64,000 bases of DNA from positions 76,231-140,230 of the forward strand of contig NMRA01000192.1 in assembly GCA_002633005.1 (NCBI GenBank), in the 5' to 3' direction. The position numbers and the translations under genes were made by a program. Numbering within the stretch: the first letter of the stretch is position 1; each line of letters begins with the position of its first letter. This DNA is from Phoronis australis. Its lineage: Eukaryota; Animalia; Phoronida. Shown here piece by piece: positions 49,602-62,545 of this stretch. The notes under the pieces were generated by a model, which saw only the letters and a program-made list of their open reading frames with translations, did no database searches and was not told where the DNA came from.

Positions 49602-51482
49602 CTCTAAATGTTGAATCTGTATTCGTTCATGGTGCTTCATAGCAATTACTATAACATAAACCCTTATTTTGTTGTAATTCTGTGTATGACATTTATGTTG
49701 CAGTTTTCACATTGTAAGTTATCACTGCTTTCATTACCAAGAGCATTTTAGGGAGTTACGGTCAGCAGATACGGTTTAACTGTACAGTATTTGGTGGTGT
49801 TCAGTTCTATGTACATGTATTTCGTAGGATTCAGCTTTCACACTGGAGTGGAGTCTTTCAAAACTCCTCCTTGATATTAATTGACTGTTGAGTTCTCTCC
49901 TGTGATCTGACTGGTATAAATATCGTAATGTTACCTTATATTAACCTGCACAGATTTTTCTTAATTTAAATTAAGGTCCCATGACAGTATTGTGGCACCT
50001 TCTTTTAAAGCCATTGTTTTTGGGGTGAAAACTTTTTGTGTTTTGTTCCTATGAATACAGCAAGTTAATGTTTTTTATGTATTGCAGTTTGAAATGATTT
50101 TGGCTTGATCTAATGAGAGACTTTTAAATAGCAGACAACTGATCACGTGGGACCAGATACTAGTGACCTCTAGAGGACGAGGAGGCAATTTCACTTTTGT
50201 TTGAAACGCATCATGTCTAATCACATACACTGTAAAAGTACCTTTTCACGAAGTCGTACACATTCCCCTGTGCCTCCTGCTTTGAAGAAGAAGTACTGCC
50301 TCATACAGAAAGGTGGCGATGAGTGTTGTCGGTCCCAAATGATCATCCCCTTTTGCTTCCTGAAAGTCTCCCATTGAAAGGGTGGAAACCAACTCCTACT
50401 AGGGATGTGCACCATTACCACAAACTGCAAAAGCTCTTGCCAAACTCACAAGAACCTTATCATTGAACCTGGACTCCAGCCACACTCAGACACATACCAT
50501 GGATAATGTTACATCTAAGTGTCTGAATCACACTACAAGGTTTCATGGGTCATGATGTACTACATCTGATTTCGCTGATGTCAGCGTAGAATGCTTCTTA
50601 CAAGTTGAATGGGTTTTTGCCACAGGTCCTGGACTTTTATGACTTGCCTATTTTGTTTGAGGATTAGGGAACAGAGATGGATGCCAGTGATAACCCTACT
50701 TACAGTTAAAAAGTTACAGTCAATGCAGGCCATTTTTGACACTGCTGTCTGTGAAAACTGAATGGGTCATCGAAGTTGAGCTTTTTCAGTCTTTGATTGA
50801 CAAAAGTCGGTTAACTGCAAAACAGGAGAAACTCACATATTTCAACTGCTGCACCTTTGTTGAGTAGTCCAAGTCTTCCCTCTTACGACTTACTTAGTCA
50901 TAATGATAGACTGACTATACCTGTGTACTTAACCCACAACACAACGCTTATTTGACTGAGGGTTTATCGCTTTAGGGGGGACAAACGCATTTTGGGATTT
51001 TGGATGGGATAGACTTACTGAAGTTAGTAGCTTTGGAAGTCCCTTGTCGGTCCTTTTGAAATTTTATAACAAGTCGAGGTTGTCTTCCAAACATTAGAGG
51101 TAACGAAAGTCGGGTGACTTTACCAGGTAACCAGCCATTCGTGGAGTTGGCTTTAACTCCCCTAACAGAGCCTTAGGGTGTATAGCAGGGGTTCCAGCTT
51201 CGAATTCGCACTGACGGAGGCTGAAAATAACTTTTTTTCACGGATAACGTCCCTTTAATATTTCAGATAGTCTAGTCAATTTTGAATATGGTAGCTCTTA
51301 ATATTGTTTTTTTCCGTCACCTGCAATAATAACTGAGGCATAAGTGTCAGAGTGCGGTTGGAAGTCACAGTTTAATCGTGATATTTTTGCGGTGCGTAAC
51401 GAGGATGGTTTATACCTCCTAAGTTAGCCATGCGTAGGTCCTGAAATCGTAGTTCCCGCGTTGCAGAATATTTTTAGAAAAC

Positions 51483-51637
51483 CATTGGAGGATTTAGAGG
51501 GGGACCAAGGGGGCCATGGCTCCCCCAAAATTCTCCCGGATTCCATTTGGCAGTTCGGGGTTAAGATTGTCTGAAGGGCAAAATCCTGGCTAATACTCTG
51601 CCCTGGCCCCCCTAACAAAATCCTGGATCCGCCCCTG
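51483..51637. mobile_element. ~155-bp MITE family; other copies at about 58213-58342, 58703-58832 and 63843-64000
   Basis: CAGGGGCGGATCC / AATCCGCCACTG-type ends with a shared core. This copy is flanked by the direct repeat AAAAC. Confidence 0.8.
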
Positions 51638-53675
51638 AAAACTGTCATGTAATCATCCCAGTCACTGTCGTGAATGTGATAACCAGCACTTATTTAGTTT
51701 ATAGTCATGAGTGGTATTATCTTGGGTCGGAGTTGTTAGCATTTAATTCCACCAGGGTGCATGATTGCATAATTATTACAAATATAGGCAACGTTATCCT
51801 CATTGAAAATACGTATCCAGTCCACGGCTTTGTCCACCATCTTAAAACGGAGTAAACAAACCATTCGCGCGCTCACATTTTTACGGGAGAGTAAGACCTG
51901 TTTAAACCAATATTTTTGAAATACATCTAGATTATGAAAATGTTGCATACCACGCCATTCTCAAAGTGTTCAGGATGATCGCGTATACGTTTTTATTTCC
52001 GTCAGCTGCATGCGATCAATTTATTAATGAAACGCATTTTAAAATTCCGATGATTAATTAATGCCAGTAATTGTGTTAGGTGACCTTCTTTTTCGTAAAA
52101 TTTAGTAAAAAGGAAGGTACATTCATAGCAAATTAACCGGATCAATAACGCCTGAGTGAATTTCGTATTTCTTTCATAAGATAACAACAGCAAATGCATT
52201 TCAATGTACCTGTTTACGACAGTACACACTGCATGTATCAGGATGACTAATTTTTACTTTCTGAGGAAATGAGTTAATTTACAAACAGCTCTGGAAAGTC
52301 TTACACTGCAACTAAGTAATGATCCATCCAAAGTACATTTCAGACCTGCACAATAATGTTTGCTCGTTTTTGTCTGTCAAAAAGGCTAGCCCTTATCTGC
52401 AAATTTCGGATAGTTAATTGGAATAATTAGGTTAACCACATTTTTGTAACTGCCACTGGATCCTGAATTTTTACTTAAGAACTCTATCTAGAAGCACCAA
52501 AGGGTACATCCAATATATAAAGATGTATAGGGTCTGATGAATGCTCGACTGAATTCTTCACAGCATCTGGGATATTATAAAATCTTTGTGTTGATGGAGT
52601 AGAAATGATTTGAATCATTGGAATTATTTCCCTGCTGGTTTATTACTCGTTTTTATGATCTCACTGGTTCATTTCCTGTTTATGTTATTATTACTCCGTT
52701 ATTTTTTTGCATTTTGGTAACACTTGCTTTTTAGAATTAAAAAATATTTTTTAAACTCGTTAGGTATGCGAAATGATAATTATTTATGATTTAAATTGTT
52801 TATCTTTTGCTTCTGATATAATCATAAAACATCAAGAACTGGTGAAAGGTGTTCTATGACTCTTGAGCAATTCGGTTGAAAAACGGAGGAGTTGCGAAAA
52901 GTTTTAGTGACGTAGCAATAACCAACACCGGAACTGGCGAATGCAAACAAATGCCACGCATGTGCGGCGCAACCTTACAGCGCGAAATCAAAGATAGGGC
53001 ATTCCAGGGCTATTGTCTTCTGCACAGACCCACTAGATTATGCTATCCATGACGTCAGAGTGTAAGCCTTGTGCTCGGTTGCATGAAACAGTCCCAACTA
53101 GGGACTCGACTAAATTTCCTAAATCTACATTGCATATTTTTTACTTGTGAAAACATCGATTGTCCTTTCTTATACCGTTTGTTTCATTATTAAGTCCCTA
53201 TTTATTTTCAATGAACTTTGGGCTCAGTTTTGAGTTATATGATTATAAAATGTCATTAATCAAAGAGGAGCTCATAGTGAAGATGAAGTAATAGAAAAAT
53301 ATTACATCTGTAAGTTCAAAAAGACAAATACACAAAAAGGCTCACTGAGGACCTTAGTTGAGTCCTTATTTGAGACTGTTTCATGCAACCGGCCACTAGG
53401 AACCAGGTTATCCAGGTCTCGAGTTTTATGGTTCTGTGTAGTTATGTGAGAGTGTCTGCTTTTATGGTGAAATACCCTGACTACTGGGTGGGTAAGTGCG
53501 TTTTTTCTTTAGTGTATGGGTGCAGACGTCTGTCTGGAACTGTGTGTGTACTTCTTATCGTTGCCGGAAAATCAAGTAGGCTACACTACAGGGGTTTTGG
53601 CACATAACGCGGCTAGGCTCTGCCTTGCAGACACAAGTCCCCACATGTTTCGTTTAGAAAACCTGTGGCTACGTT

Positions 53676-54390
53676 TTTATGATCGACATATGTCCCGAAT
53701 AATAGATAAATGATACGCGCGTCGCAAGCTCGTTACCAGGGATGAAAAGGAGACGGAGGTAGGCGATATAAGGTCATTTATTATGACTAGTACAGTTACA
53801 ATATAATGAATACAGGTAAATAACGTATAATTGGTAATCTCTGGTAAGATGGGCAATAAAAAAGCGCCGGCCACGTGGAAGCACGAGAGGATGACGAAAA
53901 CTGGGAGGTAGAGGGTGGGAAAATTGAATAAGTTTTTGAACGTACGACAATGTGGCCGAAACAAAGATGAACTGAAAGCGAGGTTACCATAACAAAGAAA
54001 ACACCCCTAAGGACACGTGACAATCTTCAGCCAAAAAGAGCCAAGAGCTGACCAAACTCGAGGCACGTGATAACAACAGACCAATACGAAGGCTGGGAAA
54101 ACGACATGTAGTCCTACACAAAGGAAATAATGGAATAGACCGAAATGAGGGGGGGGAGGGGGAAGGAGTAAGACGGGTCCATATGCTCACATAAATATAT
54201 TTAGCAAGTGAAATAACATTTATGATCGACATATGATACGCGCGTCGCAAGCTCGTTACCAGAGATGAAAAGGAGACGGAGGTAGGCGATATAAGGTCAT
54301 TTATTATGACTAGTACAGTTACAATATAATGAATACAGGTAAAAAACGTATAATTGGTAATCTCTGGTAAGATAAGCAATAAAAAAGCGC
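53676..54390. repeat. Dispersed ~400-bp LTR-like repeat (53676-54080, partial 54220-54390); also 56644-57055 and inverted at 60360-60485
   Basis: Shared TTTATGATCGACATATG..CGCAAGCTCGTTACCAG..AGGTCATTTATT..CCTAAGGACACGTGACA. AATAAA on the minus strand. Confidence 0.8.
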
Positions 54391-55419
54391 CACAAGAGAT
54401 GTAAGACAGCTCAGCTGAGAGCTTCCTTGACCCAAAGCATTTTCGAGAGCCAAATTCTTCGCAAAGTGTTTGTGATTATGAAAGACTGTGGAAGTTCCTG
54501 AAGGAGTTGCTTTTCTGGGAAATACGTTTTACTGGTGAACTGTTTTGTGTCTGCCATGATAAACGCTCTTGATGCAACTCGAGTAGGCGAGCAGCTGTTT
54601 ACGATTACGCTTTTAACAAGTTTCGCTGAATACATGAAAGAATAATATCGTGAAATTAAACACATGTAGCCTACTTACATGTAATTAGTCTCGAACGTAT
54701 CTCAGCTTAATTGCATGTGCGTTAATCAGGAAAAATAACTGGGATTCTCGTGGTCGATTTTTTATCAATATTTTGTAAAAAAAGGCTCGAATCACTGTCA
54801 AACAAAAGAAATACCAGCAACCGAAATCCCTTTTTAAAACAACTCTTAGTATTTACAGATAGCTGATGTTTGATTGTTAATAGAAATATAAGGCATGTTT
54901 TTCCTCGTAAATAGATAATGAAAGCAAATGTGATTTTTTTGCGAGTGTGCCCGAGCTCCAAAGTAAACACGATGTTTTAAATTGTCGAAAGCATTGAAAA
55001 TTGAACGGCCTGTAAATCGCCGATCGAGATTAACGTGGCCTACTGTAGTGTCGTCTCGAATAATTCGCACACAGAGCACGTAACACGCGTTCAAAGAATT
55101 GCTAAGGGTAGCAATTAAAAACAGAGTAATCATTTCATAAGATAATTGAACTTTTAAAAAACTCCACGAAAGCTGACATTTACCTAACTACAATGAATGC
55201 GCACGCGCTGTGAGGAGCAACACTTGACAACATCAAATGAAAAAAATAGATGTCTGAGAAGTCGACGACGAAAGCAAGAAGAGGGGAGATCATTATTCTG
55301 ACATCCCTGGTGTTGACGCCAAACCAATAAAAGTGCCCTGAAGTATCAGTCAGTACAAGAGCAGTCATCCAATCAGAAAGTCTCGAATAACCTGAGAACG
55401 ATATGTATAGTTTGGATGT

Positions 55420-56050
55420 ACTTTAAATGAATTTTGGACCATGTTAAAGCGGCTAATATACGAGGAACATTTGTGACAGAGGACATATTATCAGATATCC
55501 ATTCATTACTGTATACAGATATGGTGTTATGTGCAAGTGCTCGAATGAATTTGCAGAAACTGTTGAATTGTCTAAATAGCTATTGTATGGCGTGGAGTAT
55601 GTTAGAAAACCTCAGTTAAAAATATTGTATTTAGCGATGGAGGTCCATTGCGAAATTTTGAAAGATGGTTCTTTGGTAAGGATCAGGGGTTGGAAATAGT
55701 TAGCCACGATAAGTATTTGAGACTCATGATTACTCCCAGGTTGGCTTGGACTAAAGCGGTAACAAACCTTGCTACACAGGGTAGTAAATCCATGGCTGCC
55801 ATCAACAGGCTTCGTTGGCGATGCAGAAATTTTCCGATGCAGCCTTTTTTGAATTATTCCAACAAACTGACGTACCCGTCACTGTGAGATGGTTCTGAAA
55901 TCTGGGGATTTAGGGACTACGATATCCTTGAAAAAGTGCATTTTGCGTTTTTATAAAATGGTTCTTGGAGTAGGAACTGCCTGCTCTAAAGCTGCAGTTT
56001 TGAGTGGATGTGGGAGTTTTCCTCTGTACACTAGGTATTATTTAAGACAA
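55420..56050 (+). mobile_element. Non-LTR retrotransposon RT C-terminal remnant
   Basis: LLYTDMVL (eroded YADD), LQKLLNCL..YC..W, DKYL, GSEIWG, EKVH and LGV, with stops and frameshifts. Confidence 0.8.
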
Positions 56051-57855
56051 AATGAGGCGAAACTGTAAAAGCTTTAGTACGCCCATTTGTCCGGGTAAAG
56101 GAATCGCAGTGTGTCAATGAATGATTTATGCCCCATTGACGATGAACGCGGAGCGCGCTCCGAAAATATTTCTGTCATGGGAAATTCGGAGGTTTGGTGA
56201 ACGATCTACTGGCATGGTAGCGTTGTAATAAAGCGAATGCAATTGACACCATGGAGACAACGAGTGTTTTTTCTCCCACAAACTGGTCCACCTAGGTCTT
56301 TCTACCATTCTTGTAGTAAGAAGGTTGCCAAACTCTCGTTCTGCAATAGTTTCTGACAAGTCATCGAACCAAGGAGTAAATGGATGGAAATAATCGATAT
56401 GGAGTGGACTCACCTACAAAATCTCTAACTGAGAATGTATTTAATTTTAACAACATCTCGTCTAAATGCTTTTTCATCAGCATTCCGAGGTTTAGGTTTT
56501 TGCATTTTGGTCTTGGAGGGAGAAACTAATCCACATAGTGGCTTCGAATGTTAAAGATGGGAGTAAACCATCGGTGTTAGTCACACACATTAGTCCTTTA
56601 GAAATTGACTGGCGTAGTAATAGTGCATCTTTAAACTTATACTTTATGATCGGCAAATGTCCCGAATAATATATAAATGATAGGTGCGCCACAAGCTCGT
56701 TGCCAGAGATGAAAATTAGACTGTGGTGGCGATATAAGATCATTTATTATGACTACCACAATAACAAGTAGCAGATAGTGAATTAAAATATGTAAAATAC
56801 AAAATATAAAATCACTGGTAAGATTGGCAATAAAAAAGCATCGGCCACGTGGAGGTACAAAAATGCCGAAAAGGGGATGGTAGGGGTGGGAAAATGCAGA
56901 AGTTTGCATTGGTAGGTACGCCAACACGGCCGGTACAGTGAAGATGAAATGAAACACGAGATTACACTTACAAAGACTATGCCTAAGGACACGTGACAAT
57001 CATCAGCCTATGAAAGCCAAGAGCTGACCAAACTCAGGCACGTGATAACAATAGACAAATGGAATGTATGGGATTGTCTGACCTTGTTCCCAATATAAGA
57101 TGGCTTCCACAAGTATAGCCTTTGTCTGAGCTTGGAATATATAGTTTAAGTATAATACATGCCTTGTCACTTTTCCTGCAATCATTTCAGTGGTTATTAC
57201 CAGCCGAGGAATTACACTCACCTGCAAGGTCATTGAAACTTGTTCTTTGTGAACTCCGTTCTTAGTTTTACAACACTCCCAGTTGGCCTTTGTATGTAAA
57301 CACAGCTTAACAAGGGGATTATGGTCTTGGCTGGGAAGATAAATTGTTTCCTCACATGGCCTGGAGTGCGTTACGACCCGACTGGTCAATAACACCCGAG
57401 TACGTAATTTTTTGATATTACATGGGCGAATTACGAAGTAATTCAAAGTAGAAACCCATACGCCTTATATTAAATCGTCTGCAAAACTACTACCAAGAAC
57501 TAAACAATACCGGAAGGTGCAAGGTTATGATTGACAAATCGAGTGTCGCAACTGTACGCACTCCCAGTTGGGAGGAGATGCAAACAACTTTTTAAACGGA
57601 CCCATCTTCGGCGGCGAATTCCATATCCACATTCATTCCAACGGAGACGAGCCCCAACTCGCGACGAGACTGTCTAGCTGTGCTGTCTCAAGCCTGAGGT
57701 CAATTCAGTGCTCACGCGCGGTCACTACTGACTACTTTATAAAGACTTACAACTTCAAAGACTATTGATTAGATCCTAATTTGAAAATTTGTAACGAAAG
57801 CTGAATGCAATTTGCAATTGTTAAGTTTAAAACAAAACAAAAAGTAACTGAGTTT

Positions 57856-58834
57856 ACTTTACATTGCGCAAGCGTGTTTTTACAAAGTTGTGTCATGTGG
57901 TTGAAAGTTTTAGACACGTCGAGTTTTTTGGCAAAAAATATCGTTTTTACGGTTCATGCGAGAAAACACGCGACTCAGGTTTAGGACATGGGCAAAACCT
58001 CTTGGAAATTTCCAGAGGTTTTGCCTGAGAAAAAACCTGAGACTTGTGTAGGATTCTCTATTTATTACCCGCTATGGGTTTTGGTTAGCCCATCCCGGTA
58101 TGAATGTGGAATTTCTGGCGGGCACAACACAGAGTGTATTTCGTTTGTCATAGCCCATTTAGTGATCGGTGGCAAGTATTGAGTGATATGGAATTGTTTT
58201 TGTGGTACCTCGCAGATTTAGAGGGGGCCATACCCCTAAAATTCTCCATTTGGCAGTTGGGGGGTGCGAATGACTGACGGGCAAAATCCTGACTAATACT
58301 CTCTCTTGTCCCCCCTAACTCAAAATCCTGGATCCGTCCGTGCCNACTTTACATTGCGCAAGCGTGTTTTTACAAAGTTGTGTCATGTGGTTGAAAGTTT
58401 TAGACACGTCGAGTTTTTTGGCAAAAAATATCGTTTTTACGGTTCATGCGAGAAAACACGCGACTCAGGTTTAGGACATGGGCAAAACCTCTTGGAAATT
58501 TCCATAGGTTTTACCTGAGAAAAAACCTGAGACTTGTGTAGGATTCTCTATTTATTACCCGCTATGGGTTTTGGTTAGCCCATCCCGGTATGAATGTGGG
58601 ATTTCTGGCGGGCACAACACAGAGTGTATTTCGTTTGTCATAGCCCATTTAGTGATCGGTGGCAAGTATTGAGTGATATGGAATTGTTTTTGTGGTACCT
58701 CGCAGATTTAGAGGGGGCCATACCCCTAAAATTCTCCATTTGGCAGTTGGGGGGTGCGAATGACTGACGGGCAAAATCCTGACTAATACTCTCTCTTGTC
58801 CCCCCTAACTCAAAATCCTGGATCCGTCCGTGCC
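57856..58834. repeat. 489-bp tandem duplication across N58345; probable assembly overlap
   Basis: 57856-58344 and 58346-58834 differ at only about 3 positions. Confidence 0.9.
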
Positions 58835-59300
58835 TCGAATGCTCATTTGGGGGGGTTCTTTTGGGGTTTCTGGCGGACCCTTTCCAGAGTGAAATTTGTC
58901 TGCCATGGGTCATTCGGTATTCAATGCGGTACGATTGTTCAATTTAAATTAGTTTTGACCGGTACCTTGAATATCTAGTCTAGCTCACATTTTCTGTGGC
59001 ATATCGTTTTTGATGTATTTGGGGGTTTCTTGGGGGCACAACCCATAGCGTATTTTGTCTGTCATGGGCAAATTAGTGGTCAGAAAGAATATATTGAATC
59101 ACATGGCATTAGGTTTTTATTGTACCTCGAATGTATAAGCTAGCTTATTTGTGGAGTCCTTTTTGGGTTTCTGGCGTACCCCTTTCCTGAGTGCAATTTG
59201 TCTGTCATGGGTCATTCTTCAGTGTGGCATTAGTGTTCGTTTTAGAACAGTTTTGGCCGGTACCTCAAGTATCTAATCTAGCTCATTTTCCCCTTTGTAA
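58835..59300. repeat. Degenerate ~150-bp satellite-like array
   Basis: Recurrent GGGTTTCT(G/T)G...ATTTGTCTG(T/C)CATGGG...GTACCT motifs. Related units occur inside the duplicated block to the left. Confidence 0.6.
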
Positions 59301-60899
59301 GCTCTCCAGGGGTCTCACCCAGAGTGTAGACAACGGTAGACATCCGTTTCTATGCATACTGAGGCGCACTCTAAATGTTCCGGTTGCCAGATGTTCGTTC
59401 ATCTATGCTGAGTGTTCTGGGCTGCCGACCTAACATTGAAACTTTAACAAATGATGTCTATAAATGAAATTCATTGCGCGTTTTCGTTATAAATGTCTCT
59501 CGATGGAACATCTCATAACTATGACAACGTGTGTGGGTTGTAGCTTAATCACAATGTGTTTTTTGATTTATCGCTATGTATTCCTAACGTGGTTCACAAC
59601 AATACTTAATACCCATTAGCCGATTGATGATAAAAAACCACTTTAACGCGATTTTAATTTCTTTTCTGTACCCGAAGCAGTCCAATAAGCTCAACCGGTG
59701 AAACCTGTTGTTTCAGGTTTTTAACTCAAGTGAGACCTTTAATAAGCAAATCATTGACTTAAGTTTCTGTAGGACCTCATCAAGAACTCTTGCCAGCTAG
59801 AAAACTATAGATTTAAACTCAGAAAATTGGTACTACATGATTTCTGAAAGTATCATTTGAAGCCTGTAGGATTTGATTATTACATTTATGCCAGTCTCCA
59901 AGTAACTGGGTTACGTGATATTGTCTTTTTGGTAAAAGTTAACAAAACGAAAAGTACATTGATAGCAAAACATCGGTATCAATTACCTGACCAAATTTCT
60001 ATTTGATGTAAACGTTCAAGGTGAAATCTCAACAATTCTCTTACCGTTTGATAAATCATCATTTCGTTTTCGTTTTGCGGAAGTTCTGAGTTTTTTCCAC
60101 AAAGCATCTATTTTTGACGGCATCTCGTGCAAAACTGCAACATTTAAAGAAGCAATTCCTGGAGTCTTTTGAAGAACAATGTATGAAGTATAGTACTTTC
60201 ATTTGAATCTGATGAGTCATTTTCGAGATATGATGTTCCCAAGTTTTTGTCATATTTGAAAATTTTTCTAGGGTCCAACATAACCATAAAATACGCTTTT
60301 CACTACCCATCTCACCAGAGATCATTATTTCTACTTATTGTGTAGTACTTGTATTTCGTCATAAATGACCTAATTTCGCCAACCTCGGTCCCTTTTCATT
60401 TCTGGCAAGGAAAATAAAGTTCTAAGTTTATGATAACAAGCTTGCGACGCACGTGTGTTTACTCGAGACATATGTCGATCATAAAATTACTCTACCGCTG
60501 ATCATATTGGGATTTAGCCCCGCCAACAGAACGTTCTCGCTATGACAGCGGAGGCTGGAAGAATACGCGAGATAGGTCAACAGGCTCTGAGATGTAGGAG
60601 CTTTCAAAAGTTTTTATGAGTTCTTTCGCCTGGAATCTTTTTTTCCACCTCATTAATGGGTATTGGTACGGCCCTGTCGGTCAGCCAAAGTCAGTTATAC
60701 TTCATGTCACTAAAACGGTCAGAATGGTTTATTGAAGAAACCCTCATTCGTTTGTCCAGTGTCAAACTGAACTCAGATGGGACAAACACATGCACACCTT
60801 ACATGGTAATTTGCATAACAAAAATGATACTCACAAGAGCTCTCAGAGAACAAGACAACACAGTACCTTCAAATCCATAAAATTTAACAATAAGAGTCA

Positions 60900-62170
60900 C
60901 AATAGTAACTCAACAACAGTAACAACAGAGCGTAACACCTCCCCCTTCGGAGTTTTCCTACAAAGAAAACAATTCCTGGGCACATTCAAAACATCCTAGA
61001 TAAACCGTCTGCCAAAACATTGTCGCAGCCCTTAACATGATATATAACAGTATCGAAGTCTTGCATCAGTTAGAAGCCGTCTGCTGTTAGGCTGTAAGGT
61101 CACCAGTTACAGCCTGTTCAGAGAGGAGCAGGATCAGCACAAAGCAAGCTCGAGCACCACCTTGAATTGTTGACAATCGTCGAGATAGTGGATACAATCA
61201 GAGAATGGGAAGCCCAAAGACCAGTCAATGCTATACTTAAGTCCATTAAAACTGTTTATATGGAGTCGAAAACATTCTGCTATTTGTGACAGCATCTCGA
61301 AATGCTGACTTGACTTTTTATTTCCAGGCTGCTGATGCAATGAGCAATATCTTCTTTGCCATTGATAGCGTTAAGTTCAAGAGACTCTGGCCGAGACACA
61401 TTGCCGATATGCAAGACCTAAATACCCGTCACTTTTACTTAACTTGGAACAGGCACCTTATCAGTCACCAAGACTGAAATCCCATTTGAGTCTATTACCG
61501 GTGTAAACCCCGCTTTTGAACACCTCAAAAACATGACGAAGGTCCATTCTGCACTGACCGTTATTTCCAACAATGCCAATGCCAGGCAGAGATTCTTCAT
61601 AGCAACTCCAGAACTGTCCTGCCTGTCCTGAGATTTCAAGAGTCCGTTCAGTGCTGAAACTGGTATCAAGCAAAGGCACACTGACCTGCAACCCAATCAG
61701 ATCAAGAGGGATCACCATGTCATAGACAAGATTTAAAGTGTCATACTCAGTCATGGCAATTCAGCTACAGTGCAGGTGACCAGCTGTAGGCTACAACTTG
61801 ATCACTGACACATGGCTATGTCTCACAAAAGTGTGCTGAAGATACGAGTCAGGCACTGCACGAAAATTATGTCGCTAAGAGAATCGATTGACATGAGGCA
61901 TTTGGTCACCAGCCAAAAAGGTGAACAACAAGATGTTTATGTCAGGGAAGAAGAAGACAACCACGAAATTCCGCGGCAATGCCGTGGAACTCAAGAAGAC
62001 CAAGGACGTGTATGGCAGGCTGCTGGTACTTGTCGGGTCAAATAGACACATCGACCAGAAACATGCTATCGGCCACTATGAATTCACCCTAACAACAAGA
62101 GCATTCTTTGCTGCCAGTGGGTCAATGCTGCCATGAACAGATAAGTCGAAGCCAATCTTGGAGAATCTTT
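60900..62170 (+). mobile_element. Second Academ-like transposase remnant
   Basis: IFFAIDSVKFKRLWPRHIADMQDL and ELKKTKDVYGRLLVL..R..IDQKHAIGHYEFTLTTRAFFAASGSMLP*TDKS. Fragmented. Confidence 0.55.
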
Positions 62171-62401
62171 CAGTTCAGAAGCAAACGTATTATGCAGTCA
62201 CAATTTCACAAAATACTATTTTGTGTTCATTGGACAACGTCGGTCCTCTTTCATCGTGATAAAGCTATGAGCAAATGCGATTATACCGAATGGCATATTA
62301 AATTTTGCTAAGATTAGCACTGTTTGCATTTTTTCTTAAAGTGATCGTTCCCCCGTGCAATCCTCTAATGATTCGTTGAGCGTCTCTACAGAAACAAAAA
62401 A

Positions 62402-62545
62402 ACCTTGACTACAAACTCCGATTTTCCGCATACGACTGTGGTGTACCACTAAATCAAAAGTGTAGCCAGGTGTCCCGACACGACTTCTCAAGATAAAAAG
62501 TCGGACACAATGTCGTATACGAAAACTGGAGTGTGTAGTCAGGGC
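62402..62545. mobile_element. Small MITE with imperfect TIRs
   Basis: CCTTGACTACAAACTCC..TACGAC / GTCGTATACGAAAACTGGAGTGTGTAGTCAGGG. Confidence 0.65.

Noticed and set aside
53383-53607. First coding exon of a further plus-strand gene (donor-like G|GTAAGT near 53491)
   Set aside because: No recognisable protein motif and no compatible downstream exon could be identified.
57856-58834. Biological tandem duplication
   Set aside because: The copies abut a single N and are nearly identical, typical of an unmerged contig overlap.
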